The position numbers were made by a program, and so were the translations under genes. The notes beneath the pieces were generated by a model. It saw only the letters and a program-made list of their open reading frames with translations, was not told where the DNA came from and did no database searches. DNA of 64,000 nt from Mobula hypostoma (Eukaryota): contig NC_086097.1 of assembly GCF_963921235.1 (NCBI RefSeq), positions 52,330,001 to 52,394,000 on the forward strand, written 5' to 3'. This document shows, in pieces, positions 53,251 to 64,000 of this stretch (the first letter of the stretch is position 1; every line of letters begins with the position of its first letter).

Positions 53251-54439
53251 ATTTTCAGCCTCCCCTTTTTTTATGTTTGCATAATGATGTTTTGCTATAA
53301 TATTAGGGTATATGTTATGAAAAATTAACGAAGTGCACCATAAGATCACTGGAGTAATGGTTATAATGCCAGCAAAAGAAAGCTGCATTTTTTTTTACTT
53401 CTTTGAATAAGCATCCACATGTTGTGGGAAAATGAATGATGAAGAAACCGGATTTTGGTTGTGATTGAAAGGAAGCATTTGGACAAGTTCCTTTTACTAA
53501 AGACGCGGGACTGCGAGTCCGCGCAATTTGAATTAGAATTCTCAAGAGATCAGACTTGGGTTGATGGGGTGATATTAAAAGGAACTTAGTGAAAATACAG
53601 GCAGGTCACTCACCTAAAGAGTGGCAGAAGTAGAGGTGAGTAGGGAAATGGATATTTTGGACAGAAGTAAGAAATTCCTGTTCCATTTCCAATTATTAAG
53701 CTTTGAAGAAAATTTTGCAGATTTTCAAATTAGTGTTAGTGGAAATTAAAGAAGTAATAAATGTAATTTATACATTAGAAATTTTATTGAAAATTCTGGT
53801 GTTTCATGCAGAAAACGCTGTGAAATCAGCGTTTGTGGAGGTGTGGTGATACTACTTGGATGCTGTACATTAAAATGTATTTTGTACTTTATGCAATTAA
53901 AAGGCATTAAGCCAGCATATTTCAGCCTTATTTTCTGAGTGTGTTATAACAGATTGCCTTAATTTTGAAGACGTGGTTAAGGCTTATAAAGGTGGAAATA
54001 CGATTGTTTTTTCCTTCCTAATAAAATTGTGCATGAACTGTGAAGTAGCTGCCTTTTTATGACTATCATTGAAGTTTAACTGTGATTTACTTTCTACAAT
54101 CTATCTACAAATTTCAGCAATTATATAATGGAGCAATAAGGTCAGTTGTCAGATTTGCTTGTATGGAAGATGTGTTATGAGATCTGGAAAAAATATGAAA
54201 AAATTCAGGGCTACAAATCTAGGATCATGGCTTTTTTTTGGGGTTTCTGGTGGATGGCTCATACTAATTTGTTTCAATAACACAGTAAAAATAATTTGGA
54301 TCAGTTGAATAATTTACCACAGTTACCATATTTTTCAGACCTGTTTAGGAATGTGTAAAGTTGTATCATCTCCATATAATTTAGTTACTGAAGTATGTGC
54401 CTCCAGCGATGCATCACAAGGGACAAGTGCAGTCAACTC

Positions 54440-55045
54440 ATCAAACTACATGCAGTCTCGGCTTTGGTGAGACCCATCGTAAATTGGGGGACCATGCTGC
54501 TTCGTTGAGCACCTCTGTACCATCGACCACAAGTGGGTCTACCCGATGGCCAAACATTTTAATTCTGATTCCCATTCGCGTTATGACATGTCGATCCATG
54601 GCCTCCTCTTGTGCCACGATGAGGCCACCCTCAGGGTGGAGGAGCAACACCTTGTATTCCATACGGGTACCTTCCAACTTGATGACATGAATATTGATTT
54701 CTCCTTTGGGTAAACAAAAATTCCACCCCCCCCCCCATTCCCCTGCTCTGACCATACTCTTCTCACCTGCTTATTGCTTCCCCCTGAGTCCCCTCCTCCC
54801 CTTTCTCCTATCTTTCTACTCTCCTCTCCTATCAGATTCCTTCTTCTCCAGCCCTTGACCTTTCCCACCCACCTGGCTTCACCTACCAGCCAGCTTCTTT
54901 CTCTCCCCACCCCTCCCCCTTTATTCAGGCATTTCGCCCCTTTCCTCTCAGTCTTGATGAAGGGTTTCAGCTCGAAACATTGACTATTTTCTCTTTTCCA
55001 TAGATGCTGCCTAACCTGCTGAGTTCCTCCAGCATTTTGTGTCAG
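54440..55045 (+). mobile_element. Penelope-like element 3' remnant in RTRAF intron 1
   Basis: Decayed GIY-YIG C-terminus and decayed hammerhead cagtc-TTGATGA-aggg...GAAAC-ATT-gact at ~54949-54985. Confidence 0.8.
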
Positions 55046-55739
55046 TCAAACTACAGCTGCCTTTAATTTTCCCATCAAATGTTGTTTTATTTCAGTTGAT
55101 CCTGTTGTTTTGTCTCAGTGTCAATTCAAAATTTATGTCATTTGTATGACAAATTACATTTTGCAATATGTCAAAATGCAACCACCAGCAATTAATTACT
55201 TTAAATGTTACCTAGATGGAAATAGAAACAAGTTACATATGGCGAAGTCTAAAACCAACTAATGAGGTAATTCATTATTTGAGCCATTTGTTCAATTCCC
55301 TGTCTTCTCCAATTAGTTTCTCCAATAACAAAAACTGTCCCATCAGAATAGCAAATAACTAAACCATTAAAAATATTGGTGTAAAATCATTTAATATTGG
55401 AAAAGTTAAAATAAATGATGCTGTTTATTTTATAGGTAATTAAAAATTTGTTTTCAAAGACTTTTCTCCGGTAATGATGAAGGACTTTGGACCTGAAACA
55501 TTAACTCTTTCTCTTTCCACAGATGCTACCTGATTTCAGAATTCCAGCATCTACAGTATTTTGATTTTCGGAGCCAATAAAGTAGACATTCAAAGTATAT
55601 GTTAATATTTACAATCTTAATTCTGCAGTATGATAAGGAAAAAATTAAACCTGTAATCCAAGTATAGATTGTTGAGTTAATCATAGAAATTTTTCTTGTG
55701 GGAGATTGCTAATGTTAAGCAAAATACTGCAAATGCAGA

Positions 55740-56225
55740 AAATCAGAACCGGGTTCAATATCACTGGCCTATCTCGTGAAATTTGTTGTATTTGTAGCAG
55801 CAGTACCATTCAGTACCTCATAAAGAAAAACTGGGTTATAGTAAATATCCATATATGTTAAATTAAATAACTAGTGCAAAAAAGTGGTGAGGTGGTGTTT
55901 CTCGGTTCATTTGTCCATTCAGAAATCTGATGGCAGAGGGGAAGAAGCTGTTCTTTAGTTGTTGAGTGTGTGTCTTCAGGCTCCTGTGTACCTCCTTCCT
56001 GATGGTAGCAATGAGAAGAAGGGATTTCCTGGGTAATGGGGGTCTATAATGATGGATGCTGCCTTTTTGAGGCATCGCTCCTTGAAGATGTCCTGGATAC
56101 TACGGAGGCTGGTGCCCATGTTGGAGCTGACTGAGTTCATAACTTTATGCAGCTTCTTTCTATCCCGTGTAGTACCCCCAGATGCGGCCAGTTAGAATGT
56201 TCTCTACAGTACATCTGTAGAAATG
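55740..56225 (-). mobile_element. Rex1-type LINE 3' fragment (family B)
   Basis: RSLKTHTQQLKNSFFPSAIRFLN C-terminus and shared 3' UTR. Confidence 0.8.
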
Positions 56226-56561
56226 TGAAGGTTAAAATATAAAAACCGAATGTACTAAACTAGTTATGTACCTTCTTTGGAGAATAAGTCAGTGTAATGT
56301 TTTGTGTCATTGACATTTCAAAAGAATTGCTAATACTCTTGTGTAAAATTTCGACTGTCAATTCTTAATTTGAAAGTTGGTAACTTTGTCTTTGGATCCA
56401 TTAGGAAATATGAAATGGCTATATAATTAAAAACTAGATATGAAATTGCCTTTATACTTGATAGTATAGTGGTACCATTTTTAATTGGCCTTAAGTCTGC
56501 AATCTTACCTTCCATAGTTTCTTTCAATATGCATCTAAAAAGATTCCATTTTATATTTTAG

Positions 56562-56686
56562 ATGAGGTGGCATTTAGGAATTTAATAGTGTGGCTTGAAG
56601 ATCAAAAGATAAGGCATTATAAAATTGAAGAGCGAGGCAATCTTAGAAATGTGCACAACAATGAATGGCCAAAGCACTTTGAAAAG
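56562..56686 (+). CDS. RTRAF: RTRAF coding exon 2 (DEVAFRNLIVWLEDQKIRHYKIEERGNLRNVHNNEWPKHFEK)
   Basis: Acceptor tattttAG, donor AAG|gtgag. 125 nt, phase-compatible with exon 1. Contains the conserved WLEDQKIRHYKIE motif. Confidence 0.96.
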
Positions 56687-58754
56687 GTGAGAATTACATG
56701 TTTATTTTAAGTGGCATGTTTTAGTCTGACATGAATAATTTAATCTGTTTACTAATGAACTATTCTGTTTTCATCGTCACTGTGATTTCCCTTTTTTCTT
56801 AAGTTCTCTGTGCTACTTGGAATAATTTTGTTGTGATCGTCATGTAATCTTCTTTGATTCAATGTCATTTTCCCCTCAACTCCACCCTTGTCTTCAAATG
56901 GTTCCTGTTATGGGTGTTTTGCAATAACCAGCTAACAGCAGCCATATATGTTTTTGAAATGTGCAAGGAAATTGGAGCTTCTGGAAAAACCCCGCACAGA
57001 AAATGCATCACCAAAGGCCTGAATTGATTCTGAGTCACCACAGCTGTGAGGCACCAGAACAATTTGTTGGGCTACTTCTTCCTGCATAAATATGTTATCT
57101 TACCAACTCTGTTTTGTATCCCAAGAGCAATTGAAGTTGGATTGTTTATTCTTTTTTTAGCCTACAATTGGCCTACAATTTATATTAGATTCTCAATTGC
57201 ATCCCCTTGCACCACACACTTCCATTAGATGCTGTGCTTGTCTAAAAAGCAGCAGCGGTGAAGACGTTGAGAAGCATTCAAATGCTATAAAAAGTGACAA
57301 TTAAGAATATTAATTTCTAAATATCAGGTACATCTAAAATGTGAGTAACAAAAACATGACAGTAAATGAATAGTTCAAAAAAGTATTACACACTTTATAC
57401 GTATTTTCGTACCAACTGTAAAACTTAATGCATTGAATAATTCCTGGATCCCATTCCAAACCTAATCTATTGTAACCTACTTTAACAAAGTTTAGTGAAT
57501 AGAGTCCATGACATGATCTGTCAGCATGTTTGTGCCACCTTTTACATGACAGTATGTGGAGTGTTGCAGCAAAGTATACTGACTCATTCAACAAATTGAG
57601 TCTGACAGCTTATTCAGAGCCTTCATGTTTAGATACGAAAGCAAAGTCCTGAACTTGCTGCTTTTATGCAGCTAGATTATGTGGCTATGTCTTCAGCTCT
57701 TGGGTCCTAAGCTCTAGATCTTCTTTCTTTGATCTTCTCTAAAAATATTAAAGGACTCTTTGAAAGTTACCTCTTTGGGCAAGCTTTGGAACTGCTTTCT
57801 TGTTTGATGGTGGTTCTGGTAAGGCATATTTTATTATTTTAAAGGCGTTATTTAAATGGAAGTTATTAGTTTGATTTTGCAGAAGATTTGCCGATCTCAG
57901 TCCAACAACAATTCAATTGACATTAAATACAATATAGATATTAAGAATTTCACAATAGGCCAGAGAAGTTTACAGTGGAAATGTTCAAGGAAGTTTGTGT
58001 GTTGCACAGATGATGTGTTTTTCACTATTCTTTGTTTTTCCTGTAATCTGCTACCTTTTAGATTTTGCACAGCAGATACCTAAAAGCAATGGATGAATAC
58101 CATCATACTCTTGTGTGCTGTTGGGAGAGCTCTTTTTCTTGCAAGCTCATCTCTAAATTTTCATAGCTATCATATAAAAGATTTAACTATGCTGTCAGAA
58201 CTTCTTTGATAAACATGCACCATCTGTGTTGACTTGAGAATCTCCAGTCCATGTATACTCCAAGCATAGGAGGAGCGTTCAGTGTCCATGCACTGGGAGC
58301 AAACGAAATTGGCTTAAATGATAGAAGGAGAGCACTACATTGAATGCTAGCCACCCACCTGTCCTGTCAAGCATTCTTGCCCATCAGTGATCGAGTGTGC
58401 ACTGCCACAGAGACCTCATCATAACCTCTTGAACCCACAGAACAAGACTAGAAGCAAGTCCACCCATGATTGTGTGGGATTTTCAATAAGAATGTTCCTA
58501 GAACGCATTACATTAACATAAACATTTCACTACCATTTCAAATACATAATTGTTTTTGTGTGTATCAATAACTATCCATACAGATAGAATATTCAAAGCT
58601 GACTATTTCATGATGTAGGATTTTTGATCAACCAGTGAGACTTCTTGTTTGACATTCATGTGTAAGCCTTAATTCAACTGTTATGAGGACTATTTTAAAT
58701 GGTTAATTCTATAATCCTAAAGTCCTAATGCATTTGTGATATCTTTGCCTTTAG

Positions 58755-58854
58755 TACCTAGCAGATGTAAGCTGCCCATTCAGAGCAAATGAAAGACAGG
58801 AAAATATTGACTGGCTTCTGGGGCTGGCTGTAAGACTTGAATATTCTGATAATG
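58755..58854 (+). CDS. RTRAF: RTRAF coding exon 3 (YLADVSCPFRANERQENIDWLLGLAVRLEYSDN); gene presumably continues beyond the window
   Basis: Acceptor ttgcctttAG, donor G|gtaag, 100 nt. Contains the conserved DWLLGLAVRLEY motif. Confidence 0.96.
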
Positions 58855-59577
58855 GTAAGCTTCTTCAAATCATTGGATATGATGGGATATTGTTTGCAGT
58901 GTGAGATTTCCTATCCTGTATAACTTTATAAATTAATCTACTTTATGCTTGTACTGCTTTGAATTTGGTGGTGCCATGTTAAAAAATGGTTACTTCAATT
59001 TTCATTAAATGTAGAATACAACATAACATTGGACTAGGATCAGGTTATAAGACACTTAAATGTTTTGTCAGCTTTCCTTGACTTTTCTCTTAAATGTTTT
59101 AAAAATATTTAATGAATGTTTCTGGTTGGAATTTTCTAGGTTTCTTTGTAAAATGAAGTATCCCAGCTTTTCTTTATTATCTATTGAAGTTGATTGTTTA
59201 GAGAGATGGATGTATATTTTTCTCTCGTATGTTACAATATTTGAATATTTTTTTCTCTTCTTGAGCTGTAGTTAAATTGGTATCTGGGTCATTTGTGTAC
59301 AGTAGATCTTGTAGAAGGTATTTCTCACTTTTTTTTCAATGATGTTATTGGCCCTTAATAAATGGGCATTCTAATCGAGAATATGGTGTTCAATGATCAT
59401 AGAAATGAAAATTTACTGCAAAGGAAAGGATGCAAAGACAATGTATGAAGATGTGAAAATCCAAAAACAAACTGCAAATTTAGCACATCTGAAAAAGGAG
59501 AAAATTCTAGAAACACTCAGCAGGTCTGTCTGTATCTGTGAAGAGGGACAATGTTGAGGGTCTTTCCTCAGAATTGG

Positions 59578-60225
59578 TGTACGGGGTCTTTCTTTTTTGT
59601 TAAATTTAAAATGGCTTCTTTTGTTATGTTATACTGGGGAATGCTGAGACAGTTGCTTGGGTCATCGTAGATAGCAGGGTGCTATTAACCAATGGGTGGT
59701 CATGTATTGTTTTGTTTTCGGATACAATGCTGTATCATATCACTGTGGACGGGGTTTTTGGCGGGGAGTCAGAGGAGAGACGCGGATGTGCGGGGGTTTT
59801 TAGCGGGGAGTTGGAGGAGAGACGGGAGGATGGCAGACGGGGAGGATGGCAGACGGGGAGGACGGCGGACGTGCGGAGAGGCTCTGGTCGATCACTTCGG
59901 GTGGTCCCAAGCCGTGAGTCGGCAGGATTCGGGTGGTCGTCAGGAATCGATTGAGCTCCAACGGTTGCGCGCGAAGAACTTGGACTTTGATAAGTGTTGG
60001 CGCCTTTTTTTTCCCATTACTTCCCTTTCTGTATTGAATTTATATTAATGTCATAGAATTAGTAATATCTATAAAGTGTACTTGTTAAAATCTACTGGGT
60101 GTGCTGGCTGATGATTGATGTTTGGGATTGATTCAGGCGGCAACCGACCCTGTGGGGAGTGTTGAGGCGGGTGCTGGGTGAGATTTCCCCTAGACATATA
60201 CGAGCCAATATAACGGAACGTTACA
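59578..60225 (+). repeat. 5' LTR (648 bp)
   Basis: tgtacggg...gaacgttaca; direct repeat of 62281-63062. Confidence 0.95.
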
Positions 60226-60227
60226 AG

Positions 60228-60245
60228 TGGGGGCTCGTCCGGGAT
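60228..60245 (+). promoter_or_regulatory. Primer binding site complementary to the tRNA-Pro 3' end
   Basis: TGGGGGCTCGTCCGGGAT, the canonical 18-nt tRNA-Pro PBS, 2 nt after the 5' LTR. Confidence 0.93.
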
Positions 60246-60294
60246 TTGGATTTTCAGTAAAGCTGTAATAGTCATCGCGTTAAGTGGTGCGAAG

Positions 60295-61030
60295 ATGGAT
60301 CGAGATAAGATTGTAAGTTGGTGTGAATCGGAGGAGGTACTGGTGAATCATGCGTGCGTGCTAAGTGGGGTTGATTTTCGCAATTCCGGCAGATGTACTA
60401 GTGCGAGGGTTGAGTATGATTAAAGGTATCGGGCAGGTAGAAGTTATAGCTAGAAGGTGTGGGAAAGAACTGGAGTCCAGCTGGATGTTGGTGCGGATGA
60501 GTGCCGACGTCATGACTTTGGAACTACCAGCGACAGTCCACGTCCAGGGGGAGGCAGGGCCGTGGGTTCTCCACATTTTCCCGGAGGACGAAAGTGAGGA
60601 GGTGCCGGAGGAGGAGCTAGATGAGGCCCCAGGGGAGGTGCCAGTAGCCAGGGGTGGAGGTGTGGAGTGGCCCCGTCCCCCAGTTAGGGCTGAGACCTCC
60701 GAGTTAGCGGCTGCCATTACCTCCCTGATGAGAAGAGTTGAGGGGCCCCACCCGAAGCTGAGAATTTTCTCGGGAGCCAGGCCCACCCCGGAAGGGGAGG
60801 ATGAATATGAGACTTGGGTTGAGAATACATCCCAGTTGTTAGAGGTGTGGCCAGTTTCGGATGAGGAAAAGAGGCAGCGATTGGTGGAAAGCTTAAGGGA
60901 AAGTCCATGTGGTCCGCGATTTGAGAGCGGAACACCCTTCGGCTTCACTGTTGGAGTGTTTGGACGCTTTGGAGGAAGTGTTTGGACTGTCAGGAGATCC
61001 CTGGCAACATTTAGTGGAGTTTCAAGGAAC
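60295..61030 (+). pseudogene. PNMA-like gag, frameshifted and 3'-truncated
   Basis: MDRDKIVSWCESEEVLVNHACVLSGVDF /frameshift/ ...KLRIFSGARPTPEGEDEYETWVE...WPVSDEEKRQRLVESLR /frameshift/ HVVRDLRAEHPSASLLECLDALEEVFG. Confidence 0.85.
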
Positions 61031-62259
61031 GGGACTTCGAGAGCAGGCTTATCCATGAATTATTGGGTATGCTTGGGGTTGAGAAATCCAGAACCATCCC
61101 CTGTCACCCGCAGGATGATCCTCAGCCCGAGAGGTTTAACCGGACCCTGCTGGACATGCTCGGCACTTTGGAGATTGGACAGAAGAGTAAGTGGAGTCGG
61201 CACATCGCCCATTTGGTTCGCTGTTACAATTGCACACGCAATGATGCTACGGGGTACTTGCCCTATTATCTGATGTTGGGACGGGAAGCGAGGTTGCCCA
61301 TTGATCTGTGGTTTCAGACTGAAGCGGGTGAAATACCCTTGAAGCCATGTCTGAAGTACGTGTCTGATATGAGGAGAGAGTTGAAAAGGGCATACGAGTT
61401 GGCTGAGGCGGCAGCCACCAAGCAGAACCAGCGGAATAAGAAGAGGTACGATCAGTAAGTAAAGTTCGTCCAGCTATTGCCGGGAGACCGAGTCCTTATC
61501 TGGAATTTAGGACTACCTGGTAAGCACAAGTTGGCAGACCGTTGGGCAGCCACCCCCTATGTGATGGAGAGTCAGATGCCAAATCTCCCTGTTTACCGGG
61601 TGAGACCCGAGGACGGGAAGGGGCCTGTCAAGGTACTCCATTGGAACCACCTGTTGCCTTTGGGTCGCGAGGTGAAGGTAGACCCAGAGCCCAAGTGGGA
61701 GTTTACGGCTAGTACGAGGAAGCTGTGAGGGCACGGGGTGAGGGAAGAGCCCGCTGCGAAGGAGAGGGGGCCGGTCTCCACCTCGAGAAGGGATGCGTCA
61801 TCGGGAGACGATGATTCAGACGTGTGGTACCTGCTTCCGTTCGCTGATTCCCCGGTGCTGGGAGAAGAGACTCCTGGCCCTTCCATCACTGAGTTAGGGG
61901 AACCGAGGGAGGGTGTTACAGAGCCGCCTGTATTACAGCCGGAATTGGGGGAGGAGAGGGTGGAGCCAGAACCTGAGGCAGAGGGCTCACAGGTGCCGAG
62001 GGGTCCCGGTGAGGGGGAGGGTCCGACAGATAGGCCTGGGGGGTCACCTGGGGTGTCTGAACAGGGAGAGTCAGCAGAGGAAGTCCAGAGGCCTCAGAGG
62101 AGTAGGCGTCCCCCGGAGAGACTAACTTATACAGCGCCGGGAGAACAGGGTGTGATCTCTACAGCCCTGGGAAGTTGTGTCACTGCTTTATGCACCTGGG
62201 TTGGGTTTTGTGTTTTACAAGCAGCACTGGTGAACTCTGTTAACGTCATCAGGGCATGA
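61030..62259 (+). pseudogene. Gypsy integrase C-terminal half and acidic tail, with stop codons
   Basis: RDFESRLIHELLGMLGVEKSRTIPCHPQDDPQPERFNRTL, PYYLMLGREARLPID, GDRVL...KLADRW..TPY and RPQRSRRPPERLTY. Confidence 0.9.
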
Positions 62260-62280
62260 CTTTTATTGGTGGGGGGAGAG

Positions 62281-63062
62281 TGTACGGGATCTTTCTTTCT
62301 TGTTAAATTTAAAATGGCTTCTTTTGTTATGTTATACTGGGGAATGCTGAGAAAGTGTCTAACTAGACAGTTGCTTGGGTTATCGTAGATAGCAGGGTGC
62401 TATTAACCGATGGGTGGTCATGTATCGTTTTGTTTTCGGATACAATGCTGTATCATATCACTGTGGACGGGGTTTTTGGCGGGGAGTCAGGAGAGACGAG
62501 GAGGACGGCGGACGTGCGGGGGTTTTTGGTGGGGAGTCGGAGGAAAGACGGGGAGGACGGTGGACGGGGTTTTTGACGGGGAGTCAGAGGAGAGACGAGG
62601 ACGGCGGACGTGCGGGGGTTTTTGGCGGGGCGTCGGAGGAGAGACTGGGAGGATGGTGGACGGGGTTTTTGGCGGGGAGTCGGAGGAGAGACGAGGAGGA
62701 CTGGACATGCCGAGAGGCTCTGGTCGATCACTCCGGGTGGTCCCGAGCCGTGAGTCGACAGGATCCGGGTGATCGTCAGGAATCGATTGAGCTCCAACGG
62801 TTGCACGCGAAGAACTTGGACTTTGATAAGTGTTGGCACCTTTTTTCCCCCCATTACTTCCCTTTCTGTATCGAATTTATATTAATGTCATAGAATTAGT
62901 AATATCTATAAAGTGTACTTGTTAAAATTTACAGGGTGTGTTGGCTGATGATTGATGTTTGGGCTTGATTCGGGCGGCAACCGACCCTGTGGGGAGTGTT
63001 GAGGCAGGTGCTGGATGAGATTTCCCCTAGACATATACGAGCCAATATAATAGAACGTTACA
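62281..63062 (+). repeat. 3' LTR (782 bp) with expanded G-rich tandem array
   Basis: Follows the PPT. Has five ggggtttttggcggggagtc units versus two in the 5' LTR. Confidence 0.95.
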
Positions 63063-63294
63063 TTGGGAAGGAGAAAATAACAGTTTGAAATTACAGAAAG
63101 TGAGGGAAAAGGATAAGTAGTGCAAAGGATACTCTGACTGAACATTGCTGGGATAGTCTTGGGGTAAGCTGTAAATGAAGAAACCTTGTATTGGAAGGCA
63201 TTTAAAAAGGGAGAAAATGTGAACAAAGGAGGATAAGAGCTGTAAAATTATGGAATTTGGAAAAAATACAAACAAAGCACAATATCAGAGTGGA

Positions 63295-64000
63295 TAGTAA
63301 AAGCTTTTTCAAGTACGTACGTCAGTCAGTCAGTCAGTCAGTAAAGAGAGATGAGAGTGGACATAGGATCACTAGAAAATGAGGCCGGAGAAATCATAAT
63401 GGGGAACAAGGAGATGGCAGTTGAACTAAATGAGTATTTTGCATCAGTCTTCACTGTGTAAGACACAAACAGTGTGTCAGATATTGTAGTGTGTGAAGGA
63501 AGAGAAGTGAGTGTAGTTACTAAGGGAGAAGGTGCTCAAAAAGCTGAAAGATTTAAGGTTGCATAACTCACCCAGACCAGATGAACTGCACCCTAGGGTT
63601 CTGAAGGAGGTAGCATTAGAGATTGTGGAGGCGTTAACAATGATCTTTCCAAAAATCATTGGACTGTGGCTTGGTGCTAGAGGACTGGAAAATTACAAAT
63701 ATCACTCCACTCTTCAAGAAAGGCGAAATGCAGCAGAAAGGAAGTTATAAATTACAAAGTCAGTTAGCTTGATCTCAGTGGTTGGGAAGATGTTGCAGTC
63801 AATTATTAAGGATGAGGTTATGGAGTACTTGGTGACACAGGACAAGATGGGACAAAGTCATCATGGTTTCTTTAAGGGAAAATCTTACATGACGAACATG
63901 TTGGAATTCCTTGAGATTACAAGTAGCATTGACAAAGGGGATGCTATAGATGTTATATATTTGGGCTTTCAGAAGGCCTTTGACAAGATGCCAAACTTGA
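63295..64000 (+). mobile_element. Decayed CR1 ORF2 fragment running off the window, with (CAGT)n at ~63321-63342
   Basis: SPRPDELHPRVLKEVALEIVEALTMIF and FQKAFDK remnants. Confidence 0.85.

Larger units (their letters stand above)
59578..63062 (+). mobile_element. Internally deleted Ty3/Gypsy LTR retrotransposon with PNMA-like gag, in RTRAF intron 3
   Basis: Two TG...CA LTRs (59578-60225, 62281-63062). 4-bp TSD TTGG (59574-59577, 63063-63066). PBS at 60228-60245, PPT at ~62268-62280, gag and integrase remnants. Confidence 0.96.

Noticed and set aside
53031..53252. 73-aa minus-strand ORF at the RTRAF start
   Set aside because: Expected by chance in GC-rich promoter sequence. No homology recognised.
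60361..61056. 231-aa antisense ORF over gag
   Set aside because: Shadow ORF of GC-rich coding sequence with no recognisable domain.
62461..62710. Repeat-spacer-like array resembling CRISPR
   Set aside because: The units are degenerate tandem copies inside an LTR, with non-unique spacers, no cas genes and a vertebrate context.

Overview
Vertebrate, repeat-rich genomic DNA, not prokaryotic. The CR1, Penelope, Rex1 and V-SINE-like repeat families suggest a cartilaginous fish, probably a ray (inference). Two host genes lie on the + strand: the two coding exons of GNG2 (G-protein gamma-2, 71 aa, ending in CAIL) with a ~1.7 kb repeat-free 3' UTR, and the CpG-rich promoter plus coding exons 1-3 of RTRAF (C14orf166/CGI-99). 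Human has the same gene order. Much of the rest is nested retroelements: many CR1 LINEs, Penelope-like elements (PLEs) with GIY-YIG nuclease remnants and minimal hammerhead-ribozyme motifs, Rex1 fragments, a young 5'-truncated L1 with a 16-bp TSD, a deleted Harbinger-type DNA transposon, and an internally deleted Gypsy LTR element (PNMA-like gag, tRNA-Pro PBS) in RTRAF intron 3. Most notable: (i) hammerhead-bearing PLEs that insert as fold-backs with 12-14 bp TSDs, including a perfect 74-bp hairpin whose sense arm starts at the predicted ribozyme cleavage site; (ii) two inverted CR1 copies sharing the same RT frameshift; (iii) a CR1 tail that probably supplies the branch point for the last GNG2 exon; (iv) the PNMA-type Gypsy element. 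All family calls come from reading the sequence by eye; no database search was run.
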